Below, one piece after another: positions 1 through 14,429 of a stretch of 64,000 nucleotides of DNA. Both the position numbers and the translations under genes were made by a program. This stretch comes from Eledone cirrhosa (taxonomy: Eukaryota). Positions within the stretch are counted from its first letter, which is position 1. Every line of letters starts with the position of its first letter. The notes under the pieces were generated by a model, which ran no database searches, was not told where the DNA came from, and was given only the letters and a program-made list of their open reading frames with translations. The stretch lies in contig OZ024741.1 in NCBI GenBank assembly GCA_964016885.1, positions 196,292,001-196,356,000 on the forward strand, in the 5' to 3' direction.

Positions 1-269
1 ATTGACACATAGTGCAGGGCCCATGGTACCATGTGATGACAAGTGCAGAGAGATCTCCAGATATAAAGCAATGCCTGTGCTGTGAAGCTTTTATAGTGAG
101 CAAAGGCACTGCACAAAGCCAGTCCCACTCTCTTAACCAAGATGATATTTACCAAAAAGAAGAACAGGTCAACATCATTGGATACCATCAGGGTTGCAGG
201 TGTTATATCAGAGTTTTCCTTCTCCTAGAATTCTGCCTTGACAAAGGCTAAGGGGTCATCTCTCCCGGT
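1..269 (-). mobile_element. 5'-truncated copy of the short non-autonomous RTE-derived element at 1184-1793 (runs off window edge)
   Basis: Near-identical to ~1330-1598; ORF-track peptides 12-251 and 1340-1579 differ at 3 residues. Confidence 0.8.
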
Positions 270-1183
270 ATATACATGTATATATACATACATGTATATA
301 TACAAATATACATACACACATGCACACACACATACATATACACACATACATATACATATACATACATACATACATATACATACATACATACACATATACA
401 TACATACACACATACATACATACACATATACATACATACATACATATATACATATACATACATATACATACATACATATACACATATACATACATACATA
501 TACATACATACATACATACATACACACATATATACATACATATACATATACATACATATACATATACATACATATACATATACATACACATACACATACA
601 TACATACACATACATACACATATATACATACATACATACATACATATACATACATACACATACATATACACATATACATACATACACATACACATATACA
701 TATACATACATACACATATACATATACATACATACATATACATACATACACATACATATACATACATATATACATATACATACATACACATATACATATA
801 CATACATACATATATACATACATATATACACACATACATACATATACACACACATACATATACATACATATACATACATACATACATATACATACACATA
901 CATACATACATACATACACATACATACATATACACACATACATACATACATATATATACACATACATACATATATACACATACATACACATATATACACA
1001 TACATACATATATATACATACATACATACATATACATACATACATACATACATACATACATACATACATACATACACATACATACATACATACATATACA
1101 TACATACATACATATACATACATACATACACACAGATACACACATATATACATACATACATACATATATATACATACATACAT
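270..1183. repeat. Compound (TACA/TA/CA)n microsatellite
   Basis: Directly visible. Confidence 0.97.
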
Positions 1184-1793
1184 ATGGTGGCTGCCAACTC
1201 GTTTTCGAGTACGGCCACTACTTTATATCCATGTAGGAGAACCCCTACCGATGCGCTGAACGAGTGTGACTTTTTAGTCCAGCCAGCGACTTGAAAACTC
1301 TGGTACAAACACTACACTTGTGACAATTACTGACACATAGTGCTGGGCCCATGGTACCATGTGACCACAAGTGCAGAGAGATCTCCAGATATAAAGCAAT
1401 GCCTGTGCCGTGAAGCTTTTATAGTGAGCAAAGGCACTGCACAAAGCCAGTCCCACTCTCTTAACCAAGATGATATTTACCAAAAAGAAGAACAAGTCAA
1501 CATCATTGGATACCATCAGGGTTGCAGGTGTTATATCAGAGTTTTCCTTCTCCTAGAATTCTGCCTTGACAAAGGCTAAGGGGTCATCTCTCCCGGTGAT
1601 TTTGGATGGCCATTGACTCTTAAGAGCTCCTTTGCCCTTTGACAGGTTTTGTTTTTAGTCCTGCAGGATGTCCAAAGTCACCCTCCTCACCAAGAAACCT
1701 TGGTGGGGTTGCCAGTTTAGTCGCCAACGACCCGACCATGGGACAGGTTGTACTGGGATACATGTTACCAGTAGCACCAACTGGTGACCTGAC
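1184..1793 (-). mobile_element. Short (~610 bp) bipartite non-autonomous RTE-like element: 5' UTR-like part joined to the LINE ORF C-terminus and 3' end
   Basis: Minus strand carries an RTE 5' UTR-like motif GGAGAAGGAAAACTCTGATAT and ends with CSVCTRVFKSLAGLKSHTRSAHR* (C2H2 finger, stop at 1245-1247), then a short UTR and (TATG)n. Confidence 0.65.
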
Positions 1794-1981
1794 ATATATA
1801 TATACATACATATATACATACATATATACATACATATATACATATATATATATATACATATATATATACATACATATATATATATACATATATATATACA
1901 TACATATATACATATATATATATATACATATATATATACATACATATATATATATACATATATATACATATATATATATAC

Positions 1982-2048
<67 letters not shown>

Positions 2049-2059
2049 CATATATATAC

Positions 2060-2090
<31 letters not shown>

Positions 2091-2091
2091 C

Positions 2092-2122
<31 letters not shown>

Positions 2123-2199
2123 CATATATATACATATATATATATACATATATATACATATATATATATATACATATATATACATATATATATATATAC

Positions 2200-2230
<31 letters not shown>

Positions 2231-2231
2231 C

Positions 2232-2262
<31 letters not shown>

Positions 2263-2299
2263 CATATATATACATATATATATATATACATATATATAC

Positions 2300-2331
<32 letters not shown>

Positions 2332-2443
2332 ATATACATATATATACATATATATATATACATATATATACATATATATATATACATATATATACATATA
2401 TATATATACATATATATACATATATATATATACATATATATAC

Positions 2444-2513
<70 letters not shown>

Positions 2514-2739
2514 GTATGTATATATATATGTATATATATGTATATATATATATATATGTATATATATGTATATATATATATATGTATGTATATATATATA
2601 TATGTATGTATATATATATATGTATGTATATATGTATGTATGTATATATGTATGTATATATGTATGTATATATGTATGTATATATATATATATGTATGTA
2701 TATATATATGTATATATATATATATATGTATGTATCTAT
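1794..2739. repeat. TA-rich microsatellite that switches from TATACA to TATATG polarity at ~2512
   Basis: Directly visible. Confidence 0.97.
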
Positions 2740-5679
2740 CTAAGGCGGGTAAAATTTCCGAGATCCATGGACGAGTTCTCTCCAGCGGTCTCTGTCCCTC
2801 ATTATCGCTGCTATATCCTGCATCTCCAACAGACCAGTGTCTGTCCTTAGGGCATCAACATATGTTAACCTTGGTCTTCCTCTTCTAGTGTGTCCATGTA
2901 GGGGCTCCCAAAGGAGCACTGAGTGCAATGTCAACTCTGGATGTCGGTGAGCATGTCCAGCCAACCTCAGTCTCCTCTGTGTCACTTTTGAGCTGACTTT
3001 TGGGATGCTCCCATATAGCTCTGAGTTTTTCATCCTCAGTGTATACTGATTAATGTTCAGAGCCATCCTCAGCATTCTCGTGTAGCACCCATCCACCATC
3101 TGAGTGAGTTTCTTGGTCAGTGTCCAAGTCTCAGACCCATACAGCAGCACAGACTCCACTACAGCAATGAAGAGGCGGATTTTCAGGTCTCTACGAAGGT
3201 CCGACTTCCACACCGATCTCAAGCTGTGGCACGCCGCCCAGGCCTTGCTCTTCCTCTCAACCACATCATCCTCCGTATTCCCAATCTTTGCTCCCAAATA
3301 CAGGAAGTCCTCAACCAATTCCAGCGGCCTCCCGCCTACATTAGTGATCCCCTCTGGCTTTTCAACATTCTCTACCAGATATTTTGTTTTAGTCTCATTC
3401 ATTCTCAGCCCCACACTCATCGACACAGTCTCAACCTCCCGCATCAAATCCTCTGCCTCCTTCACTGTATTTGTCACCAAAACTATGTCGTCGGCAAATT
3501 CAGCATCCGATACCTTTTTCGCCCCAACTCTCCTGCTCTGAGCCGGTGCTACAGTAAAGCCAGAGTCCTGGTGTTTCTCCAGTGCAAGGCGCATACAATA
3601 GTCCACTACGATGATAAAAAGGTAGGGAGCCAATGTATCTCCTTGGAGCACTCCAGCCAGTATCTCAAAGAACTCTGTCATCCCATCAGGTGTAATGACT
3701 TGGGCTTTGGTGTTGGTGTAGAGCAGTGATATCAGGTCCACTATCCTCTTGGGGATTCCATAAGCCTGTAAGATCTTCATCAGGCAGTAACGGTCCACAG
3801 AATCAAAGGCCTTCCTAAAGTCAATGAAAACCATGACCGCAGGAAGGCACTTTGCTCTAGCTCCCTCTAATATCCTCCTCAGCCTCAGGATGTGACTGGT
3901 GATTGATCTACCCTCTCTGAAGCCGTTCTGGTTGTCCCTGAGCTTCTTCTCCATCTCAGGCTGGATCCTGTTAAGAATCATCCTGTTGAGGGTCTTTGCC
4001 ACAAGTGACGTCAGTGAGATCCCCCGGTAGTTGTTGGTGTTAGAGAGATCTCCCTTCTTTGGCACTGGGACGATGTTACTGATCCTCCACTGATTCGGGG
4101 CAACTCCTTTCTCCAGTGCCCCGTTACAGAACCCCAGGATGATATCAAAATCACACCTCTTCATCACCTCTGATGCCACTCCATCTTCTCCATGAGCCTT
4201 GCCCTCCTTGATCTTCTTCTTGGCTCTCTGAAGCTCCTCTCTGGTGAAGGGCTCTGTCTCAACATCCAGTTCCTCAAACAGCTGCCTGATCTCCCCAGTG
4301 CTCTGGGCTGTGGAGGGTGGCTCTCCTAGTAGGGTCCTAAAATGGTCTAGCCATTTCCTCTTCCTATCCTCGGGCCCCGTTCCCTGGATCTGACTCGAAC
4401 ACCTTCTCTTCCTCCCTGTGATCTCGTTGATGATCATCCAGCTCTCCTTACATCCAGATCTGTCAACCGCTCTCTCCACACTTCTGATCTTCTCTATCAG
4501 TGCTTCCTCACTGACCTCAGTGTAAGCGGTACAGAGTTCTTCCCTCATCACCTCCACAGTCTCCATCCTCTCCTCCGTAGGATCAGCATAGAATTGGTCC
4601 CTGGCAGCTTTCAGGTGTTCTCTGGCTGCACACACTTTTGGGTTTGCAGAGCTGACGTGCTTCCCTTTGTTCTTTTTCCTCGGCACCAGGGTTTCACTTG
4701 CTTCCGCCACTGCATTGGTGAAGTGCCCGTACCTCCTCGTCACACTCTCCTCAGTCCATCCAATCTCTCTCCCCTCTGACTCTCCACACAGAGCACTAAA
4801 CCTGTTTCTCACTTCCACTGTGAACCTCTCCTGTAGCTTATCATCTTCCTTGAAAGCTCCCCAGTCATAGATTGTTCTCCGGGGCTGAGCCTTGCTCTTT
4901 CTTAAGCTCACGCGGACCTCACTCATAACAAGCCGGTGGTCACTACCCAGTGTACTGAAATAGCTGTATGGTTCTGTGTTCAGAACACTATTCCGCCACT
5001 TTTTCCTCACCAGAATGAAATCAATCTGGGACTTGGACAGGTGCATATCTGAGATGTAGGTCCACATCTTCCCCAGATTCTTCCTAAACCTTAGGTTGGT
5101 CGACATCAAGTTCGCCTCCAGCAGGGTGTCTCTCAGTAGTCTTCCATTTCGGTTGGTATTGTTATGGAAGTACCAGCAAGGATCTTCACTGCCCTCCTTA
5201 CTCAGATGTGCATTGAAGTCCCCCAAAACAAGCAGGATATTGTGTGCCTGAGTGGTGTTGACAGCTCTACACACCTCCTCATGGAACTCTTCCGCATTCA
5301 CATCACTGTCCCCCTCGGTTGGACTATAGGCTGAGATGACTGTCAGTCTTGGGTTTCCATTGAAGGTCACCCTCAACACTCGCGGGGAGATAGGCATTAT
5401 TTCCCTCACCAACAGATTGGTTTTTGCACTGAACACAAAACCCACTCCTCCTACTGCAGCATTTGTTGTGTTCTTCACTGCCGATGTAGTGATGAGCTGG
5501 CTCTTCCTCCCGATCATCACACTCCTCACGGGCTCATCATGTAGAATCCTGTGTTCTTGGATCGCAAGTATCTGTATACCACTCTCCTCGAACAGATGTC
5601 CCAACTCCTCTCTCTTCTCCAGCGTCCGAATAGTCCTCACATTCAAAGTGCCCATTTTGATGGCTCTTCTGCAGGACAA
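2740..5679 (-). CDS. RTE-clade LINE ORF (APE endonuclease + reverse transcriptase), uninterrupted 979 codons
   Basis: APE motifs [31 protein letters not shown]; RT motifs [36 protein letters not shown]; RTE C-terminus [21 protein letters not shown]. Confidence 0.96.
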   Translation of the reverse strand: MSCRRAIKMGTLNVRTIRTLEKREELGHLFEESGIQILAIQEHRILHDEPVRSVMIGRKSQLITTSAVKNTTNAAVGGVGFVFSAKTNLLVREIMPISPRVLRVTFNGNPRLTVISAYSPTEGDSDVNAEEFHEEVCRAVNTTQAHNILLVLGDFNAHLSKEGSEDPCWYFHNNTNRNGRLLRDTLLEANLMSTNLRFRKNLGKMWTYISDMHLSKSQIDFILVRKKWRNSVLNTEPYSYFSTLGSDHRLVMSEVRVSLRKSKAQPRRTIYDWGAFKEDDKLQERFTVEVRNRFSALCGESEGREIGWTEESVTRRYGHFTNAVAEASETLVPRKKNKGKHVSSANPKVCAAREHLKAARDQFYADPTEERMETVEVMREELCTAYTEVSEEALIEKIRSVERAVDRSGCKESWMIINEITGRKRRCSSQIQGTGPEDRKRKWLDHFRTLLGEPPSTAQSTGEIRQLFEELDVETEPFTREELQRAKKKIKEGKAHGEDGVASEVMKRCDFDIILGFCNGALEKGVAPNQWRISNIVPVPKKGDLSNTNNYRGISLTSLVAKTLNRMILNRIQPEMEKKLRDNQNGFREGRSITSHILRLRRILEGARAKCLPAVMVFIDFRKAFDSVDRYCLMKILQAYGIPKRIVDLISLLYTNTKAQVITPDGMTEFFEILAGVLQGDTLAPYLFIIVVDYCMRLALEKHQDSGFTVAPAQSRRVGAKKVSDAEFADDIVLVTNTVKEAEDLMREVETVSMSVGLRMNETKTKYLVENVEKPEGITNVGGRPLELVEDFLYLGAKIGNTEDDVVERKSKAWAACHSLRSVWKSDLRRDLKIRLFIAVVESVLLYGSETWTLTKKLTQMVDGCYTRMLRMALNINQYTLRMKNSELYGSIPKVSSKVTQRRLRLAGHAHRHPELTLHSVLLWEPLHGHTRRGRPRLTYVDALRTDTGLLEMQDIAAIMRDRDRWRELVHGSRKFYPP

Positions 5680-6073
5680 AACTGCATTCTTTATATTTGT
5701 CTCAGAGACAGCTGTCCTGGGTATGACATTAAACTACATCCAGTGGCAAGGCTCCAGTTCGGGAGTTCAGGAGATGTGGGGAATGTGGAGTTACCCCTTA
5801 GTTGTCATGACTCCCAGGTCTGCCCTGGCCCGGGGTGGTAGTACCTGTTAGGGCTCCATTTATGGGTTAAATAACTACCTTATTCGAGTGGCGCCGGTAA
5901 GGTATTGTCAGCCATTGAAAAGAAATATGGAGAGTCGATCTAACAGCACTAGGGTTAGAGCCCCTAATTACACTGTCAAGGAGCAGCCTGGTCGTTATGA
6001 CTCTGCTGGCTTAGAGCCACAGAGAGGGCCAGTGGATGATGGATCAGCTGTCTCTGAGACAAATATAAAGAAT
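2740..6073 (-). mobile_element. Near full-length RTE LINE with inverted 5' segment (5715-6073 lies on the + strand)
   Basis: 29-bp perfect inverted repeat 5686-5714 / 6045-6073; + strand 5927-6073 encodes MESRSN...SAVSETNIKN, which continues in frame into [15 protein letters not shown] on the minus strand. Confidence 0.88.
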
Positions 6074-6311
6074 ATGTATGCATATATATATGTATATAGG
6101 GAGCAGCGGCTGTTAGGGCAAGACGTGTTTTCTCGGGCTCTGCTTGAGTCAGCAGCAACACACAACCACGTGTTGCTACACACACACAAGAGGAAAGAGA
6201 AAATTTATGAGACCAATAGAGATATGTACATTTATATATTTATATCTAGATATTGCTATTATCATTTACAGTCCCTCTCTCTGTGTTTAATGTATGTTCA
6301 TTAGTATATGT

Positions 6312-6620
6312 GTTGTTATTTCTGCTTACATTTTACATATATACATATATATATCTATATATATGCTTGCGTGGACCCCTCTCAAAAATTCGTTGGATTT
6401 TTTAATTGGATACCCCGAAACTGGATACCAACACTGAGTACACCTGAACTTCTACCAGGAAATCTTTCGTTGTTATTTCTGCTTGCATTTTACATATATA
6501 CATCTATATATCAATGCTTGCGTGGACCCCTCTTAAAGATTCGTTGGATTTTCTAATTGGATACCCCGAAACTGGATACCAATCACTGAATACACCTGAA
6601 CTTCTACCAGGAAATCTTTC
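6312..6620. repeat. Two tandem copies of a ~155-bp unit
   Basis: GTTGTTATTTCTGCTT...CGTGGACCCCTCT...CTTCTACCAGGAAATCTTTC at ~6312-6467 and ~6468-6620. Confidence 0.9.
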
Positions 6621-6944
6621 ATATCAGTGAAAAAAAAAATTTTCTTTTCTTTGCTTCATATATATATATTATATATACTTGTCCGCCATTGCAAAAGGCC
6701 ATAAATTCAAAATTTTGGAGAGAGAAGAAAAGAGAGAAGTGATCTATGAACTTGTACATCTCACCGACCCCCCGCCACCACAATAACAATAACGCCTACA
6801 CTCGCTCCCCACCATCACCACATTACTCTAAGGTCGTTGTCCTGTCCCCTGTTGACATACTGCTGACTCTCTTTTGATGTATGTATGTGTATATACATAT
6901 GTGTATGTGTGTTGTATAGGTATATCTCAGTGGATGCGACCAGA

Positions 6945-7290
6945 TTTCAACACAGCAACAACTACAACAACAACAGCAGCAACACCAACAACAACAACAG
7001 CAACAACACCATCGTCTGTGTTGAATGTGTGTGTATGTGTGTGTTTGTATATATGCGACAGCAATAACAGCATCAACACCATTGTCTGCAGCAACAGCAG
7101 CAGTGAAATGAAGGACAACAACAACAGCAACAACGACAACTACAATAACAACTACAGCACCAACAACTGCCACCACCATCACTGACCATCCACCACCACC
7201 ACGCTGATACCATCCACCACCACCACACTGACACCATCCACCACCGCCATTACCAGCGTAAAGCAAACAATTATTATTGTTATTATTATT
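6945..7290. repeat. Low-complexity CAA/CAG/CAC trinucleotide region
   Basis: Directly visible. Confidence 0.85.
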
Positions 7291-7535
7291 ATATACAAGC
7301 TGAACTGGACTGGGAAAGGTCAACAGTTGACATGATAGTGATTTTGACTTTGACGATTTTGATTTTGTATCAGTACTGTCGGTAATATATGTATATATAT
7401 GTGTTTGTGAGTGGTGTGTGTGTGATTGTATGCATGAATGAGTGTTGGTATGTGTGGTTGTGGTTTGTATGCATGAGTATTAGTGTGTGAGTGTTTGTGT
7501 GTGCGTCGTGTCAATAAGTTTTTTTTTTTTTTTTA

Positions 7536-10500
7536 ATGACCATGCTGTAAAATGGAGGGGTAGAGAGGGCCCTTGAGTCTGGTAAGACATCCTCTCTAGT
7601 GCTGGTGGCACAAATAAAAGCACCCAGTCCATGCTGTAAAGTGGCGCTGGTGTTAGGAAGGGCATCTAACCAGTGTATCAATGCCAAAAAGCTTATCAGC
7701 ACAGCAACAAAACAGCATAGGAACAACAACAAAATATGAAGACGTCGCATCTCAGAGTTGCAACACTTAATGTTGGCACTCTCAGAGGTAGATCTGCTGA
7801 AATAGCGGAGATGCTGGAGAGAAGGCAGGTGAATGTGTGCTGCGTGCAAGAGGTGAGATGGAGAGGTGCCTCTGCGAGCCTAGTCGTAGGCAAGCGTCTT
7901 AGCTATAAGCTATTCTGGGTAGGTAAGGATGATGGGTTAGGGGGAGTAGGCATTTTCCTGGCTGAGAAATGGATCAATAAGACAATAGAGGTAGTTCGAG
8001 TTAGTAATCGAATAATTAAGCTTAGATTAGTTGTAGGTAGGAGACTACTGACAATCATCTCGGTCTATGCTCCCCAAGCAGGCCTAGGCAAAGATGAGAA
8101 AGACTGCTTTTATGAGCAACTTTTGCAAACAACCACAATGACAGAGGACGGAGACATCGTTATGCTAGCAGGAGACTTCAATGGTCATGTTGGACAGCTC
8201 CAGGATGGTTACACTGGGGTACATGGTGGGCACGGTTACGGTTCAAGAAATGAAGAAGGAGTGAGACTTCTTGAATTTTGTGATGCGAGTACATTGACTA
8301 TTTGCAACACAAACTTCCAGAAACCTGCCAATCACCTAATAACCTACAAATCTGGTGAGCACATAAGCCAGATTGACTTCCTGCTAGTTAGGCAGCGGGA
8401 CAGGCAGATAGTGTCTAATACCAAGGCATACCCTGGGGAAGAATGTACCCCACAGCATAGGTTAGTTGTTAGTGATATCTCAGTAAGCAAGAGATGAAAT
8501 GAGACATATAGGAAGGTGTGGAGAAGAAAGGTCTGGAAGCTAAAAGACCTTTCACTAAAATACAAATTTAGGAAAGCCCTTCAAGATGTATATGACGAAA
8601 AAGAAGACGATTTAGAGACGTATGACATAGATAATAACTGGAAGTTCTTACGTGACAACTTGCTGCAGGCTACTGATGAAACCTGTGGCTGGAGCAGAGC
8701 TCCAACCAGACAGAGAGTGACCTGGTGGTGGAACAGCACAGTAGATAAGGCTATTAGAGACAAAAGACTAGCATGGAAGGCTTGGAAAAAAGGGTGGGAG
8801 TAGGGAAGAATATACAGCCACTAAGAGAGAAGCTAGACGTCAGGTGTACTTAGCACGCAGGGAGGCAGAGAGTAGAAGGTTTGCGAATGTTCTGCGACGG
8901 GAAGATCAGAGGCGTGCGGTGTTCCACATTGCAAGGCAGTGTGTCAATGCAAATCAGGATGTTGTTGGAGATAAATGTGTCCGGGATGATGCCGGTGTAC
9001 TTAGTGTCACGAATGACCAGAAAAAGGAGGCCTGGAAATGTCATTATGAGAGACTGATGAATGTGGAGAACGAATGGGAGAGAGAGAAATTACCCTTGGT
9101 AGATCCGACAGAGGGACCAGCTATTGAGATTGACGAATATAGGGTCCAAGAAGCGATTAGGGAAATGAAAAATGGTAAGGCGGCCGGACCTTCGTGAATA
9201 GTTGCTGAGATGCTGAAGGCATCAGGGGACGTAGGCACTAAACTGGTTGCACGCATCATCAATCAGGCTGTATATGGTGGTGTCATACCCAAAGATTGGT
9301 GCAGCAGTATTCTCATAAATTGCTACAAAGGTAAAGGGGATGCTTTGGAGAGGAGCAATTATAGGGGTATAAAACTGATAGATCAGGTTATGAAAGTGGC
9401 AGAAAGGATTTTAGCACAACTAATTAGAGAAAGGGTCAAACTAGATGAGATGCAGTTTGGTTTTGTGCCTGGGAAGAGTACAACAGATGCCCTCTTCTTG
9501 GTGAGACAAATGCAAGAGAGGTTCTTAGAGAAGAATAAGCCACTATACTTAGCCTTTGTTGACCTAGAGAAGGCCTTTGATAGGGTACCCCGATCTGTCA
9601 TCTGGTGGTCCCTAAGGAAGCTAGGTGTTGAGGAATGGCTTGTGAGGACAGTGCAAACTTTGTACAGAGGTACTCTCAGTAAAGTCAGGGTAGGAATGGA
9701 GTTTATTGAGGAATTCCAGATACAAGTAGGAGTACATCAGGGTTCGGTCCTCAGCCTGCTCTTGTTCATTATAGTCCTCCAAGCCATAACAGAGGAGTTT
9801 AAGACTGGCTGTCCATGGGAACTTCTCTATGCTGACGATCTGGTTCTTATAGCAGAATCGGTAGAGGAGCTAGAGAATAAATTCTGGCTATGGAAACAGC
9901 AGTTGGAAGCAAGAGGACTGAGAGTAAATCTAGCTAAGACAAAAGTGTTGATGAGTAGAAAAGAGGACAAAACCCTGATTCCGTCAGGGAAATGGCCATG
10001 TTCGATATGCAGAAAAGGAACTGGCATAAATTCTATAAAATGCACACAATGCAGGTCCTGGGTACACAAGAGATGTAGCGGGATAGCAGGCAAACTAACA
10101 GGTAGGGAGAAATATGTATGCAGTAGATGTACAGGGAAATTAGACAGTAGAAGTCGCACTGATAGACACATTTTTCAAATGCAGGCGGGTGCTATAGAAG
10201 TGGTGGATAGCTTCCGGTACCTAGGAGATCAGATTAGCATGGGAGGGGGGGGGGGGGGGTTCCGAGGCCATAGTATCTAGAATAAGGACGGGTTGGAAGA
10301 AGTTTAGGGAGCTGCTTCCTCTGCTGACGAAGAAGGGTTTCTCCCTGCGTACGAAAGGCCGGTTGTATGATGCCTGTGTGAGGAGCGCGATGCTGCATGG
10401 TAGTGAGACATGGGCAGCAACCGCAGAGGATATGCGACGGCTGGAGAGAAATGAGGCAAGCATGCTCCGTTGGATGTGCAGTGTAAATGTGCGTGAACGA

Positions 10501-10809
10501 CCCAGCATGAATGTGTTGAGAGGGATAGAATGTAGTGTGCGAGAGAGGAGACTGAGGTAGTATGGACATGTGATGCGCATGGAGGATGACCGATGGGTGA
10601 AGAAGTGCCAGGAAATGCCAGTTGAAGGAAGACGTGGTAGAGGTAGACCACGAAAAACATGGGCGGAGGTGGTGAGAACAGACCTCAGATCATTGAAGCT
10701 CACGGTGGAGATGACGAGGGACCGTGACGGAGAGATACTGTGCTGAATAAGACCCGTCCCACCCTTGCAAGCAGGGAAAAGCGGACTAAAATGATGATGA
10801 TGATGATGA
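7536..10809 (+). mobile_element. RTE LINE family A, near full-length, inactivated by stops and frameshifts
   Basis: ORF pieces 7736-8497 (APE: ATLNVGT, VQEVRW, GDFNGH, SQIDFLL), 8516-8803, 8844-9197, 9210-10280 (RT: FVDLEKAFD, GVHQGS, YADD), 10363-10560; 3' end CCCACCCTTGCAAGCAGGGAAAAGCGGAC + (ATG)n. Confidence 0.95.
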
Positions 10810-12190
<1,381 letters not shown>

Positions 12191-13633
12191 ATCATCATCA
12201 TCATCATCATCATCAACGTTTAACGTCCGTGTTCCACGCTTGCATGGGTTTGGACGGGGGTAGTCCCACTTGAGGCAAGAGTGATTGTCTTGCTCGCATA
12301 GGACTGTCTGGCAGGTTTTCTACAGTTGGATGCCCTTCCTAACACCAACCACATTTACAGTGTGGGTCTGGGAGGTTTTTACCGTGTTGCCTACACGGCC
12401 ACATTACAGCGTGGACTGTGTGTTTTTTTGTCGTGACACCTACACGATCTCATTTGTTTCGGCCTCGATGGCGCGGCACCAACATAACTTTACATAGAAC
12501 GGGGTGGTGTGGATCGGGTGGGGGTGGTGGGACGGGGTGTATTTGTTAGAGATGCCTACTGGCTGGAGTAGGTTTTACTATATATTTAGGTAAGGCGGGT
12601 CTTCTCTGTTACTGAGTACCGCCAAAGGTCTCGGTCCAGTGACATTGTCTTGGAGAGGTGTAAGTGTGTGATGTCGGAGTTTATCAGCTCGTCCCAGGTT
12701 TTTCTAGGTCTGCCTATTCCGTGACTACCGTCTATCTTTATTGCCCTGCACTTTGTTATACAGCTATCGACTTTCATGCGCATCACGTGTCCATACCAAC
12801 GTAGCCTTCTCTCGAGTAAACAACATCTGATCCCTCTTATCTCTAATTTATTCCTTAGTTCGTTTATGCTTTGCCGTTCACGTATATTACTGTTACACAT
12901 CCAGCGGAGCATGCAAGCTTCGTTCCTCTCTAGTCTGCGTATATCCTCTGCACACAATGCCCAGGTCTCACTGCCATGCAGCATTGCTGTTCGTATGCAG
13001 GCATCGTACAACCTGCCTTTCATTTTTAGTGAGAACCCTTTAGCAGCTAATAGTGGTATAAGCTCTCTGAACTTTTTCCAACCAGTTCTGACTCTAGCTA
13101 CAGTACTTTCAGAGCACCCTCCCCCACTGCTGATTTTATCGCCCAGGTAACGGAAGCTGTCCACTATTTCTATAGAACCCTCTGCGCAATTGAAAGAGCT
13201 AGTAGTTTGTGGGCACTTGCTGCTACTTATTGCACCAGAGCACCGGCCACATGTAAAATCTATGTTCTTAGTTAGCCTACCTGTGATCCCACTACATCTT
13301 TTATGCACCCATACTTTGCATTTAGGACATAAAATGGAGTTTCTACCTACGCCTTTCCTACACACCGAGCACGACCATTTCCCAGAAGGGACCGCCGCCT
13401 TGTTTTCTTTCCTACAAACTAGTACTTTGGTCTTAGCCAGGTTAATTTTAAGTCCTTTTGACTCTAGGCCGTGCTTCCATGTTTGGAATTTCTTCTCTAG
13501 CTCGGCCATTGATTCCGCTATGAGTGTCAGGTCGTCTGCGTATAGGAGTTCCCATGGGCAGCCTGTCTTGAACTCCTCTGTTATGGCCTGAAGGGCAATA
13601 ATAAATAGTAGTGGACTGAGAACAGAGCCCTGA
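12191..13633 (-). mobile_element. RTE LINE family B, 5'-truncated, open frame to stop at 12586
   Basis: [14 protein letters not shown], Cys-rich finger, [16 protein letters not shown]; ~400-bp 3' UTR and (GAT)n tail. Confidence 0.95.
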
Positions 13634-13796
13634 TATACATATATATATACATATATATACACATATATATACATATATATACATATATATACATATATAT
13701 ATATACACATATATATATACATATATATATATATACATATATATATACATATATATATACATATATATATACATATATATATACATATATATATAC

Positions 13797-13843
<47 letters not shown>

Positions 13844-14429
13844 CATATATATATATACATATATACATATATATATATACATATATATATATCTACATAT
13901 ATATACATATATACATATATATACATATATATACATATATACATATATATACATATATATACATATATATACATATATATACATATATATACATATATAC
14001 ATATATATACATATATATACATATATACATATATATACATATATATATACATATATATACATATATATATACATATATATACATATATATATACATATAT
14101 ATATATACATATATATACATATATATATATACATATATATACATATATATATACATATATACATATATATACATATATATACATATATACATATATATAC
14201 ATATATATACATATATACATATACATATATATACATATATACATATATATACATATATACATATATATACATATATATATATATATATACATACATATAT
14301 ATATATACATATATATATACATACATATATATATATACATATATATATACATACATATATATATATACATATATATATATATACATATATATACATATAT
14401 ATACATATATACATATATATATACATATA
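13634..14429. repeat. (TATATACA)n microsatellite
   Basis: Directly visible. Confidence 0.97.

Noticed and set aside
6823-7323. Gly/Val/Cys-rich and Asn/Thr-rich ORFs
   Set aside because: Trinucleotide low-complexity sequence with no splice or homology support
12586-14406. 606-aa ORF fusing a YI-repeat to RT
   Set aside because: Chance in-frame junction between a microsatellite and a 5'-truncated LINE
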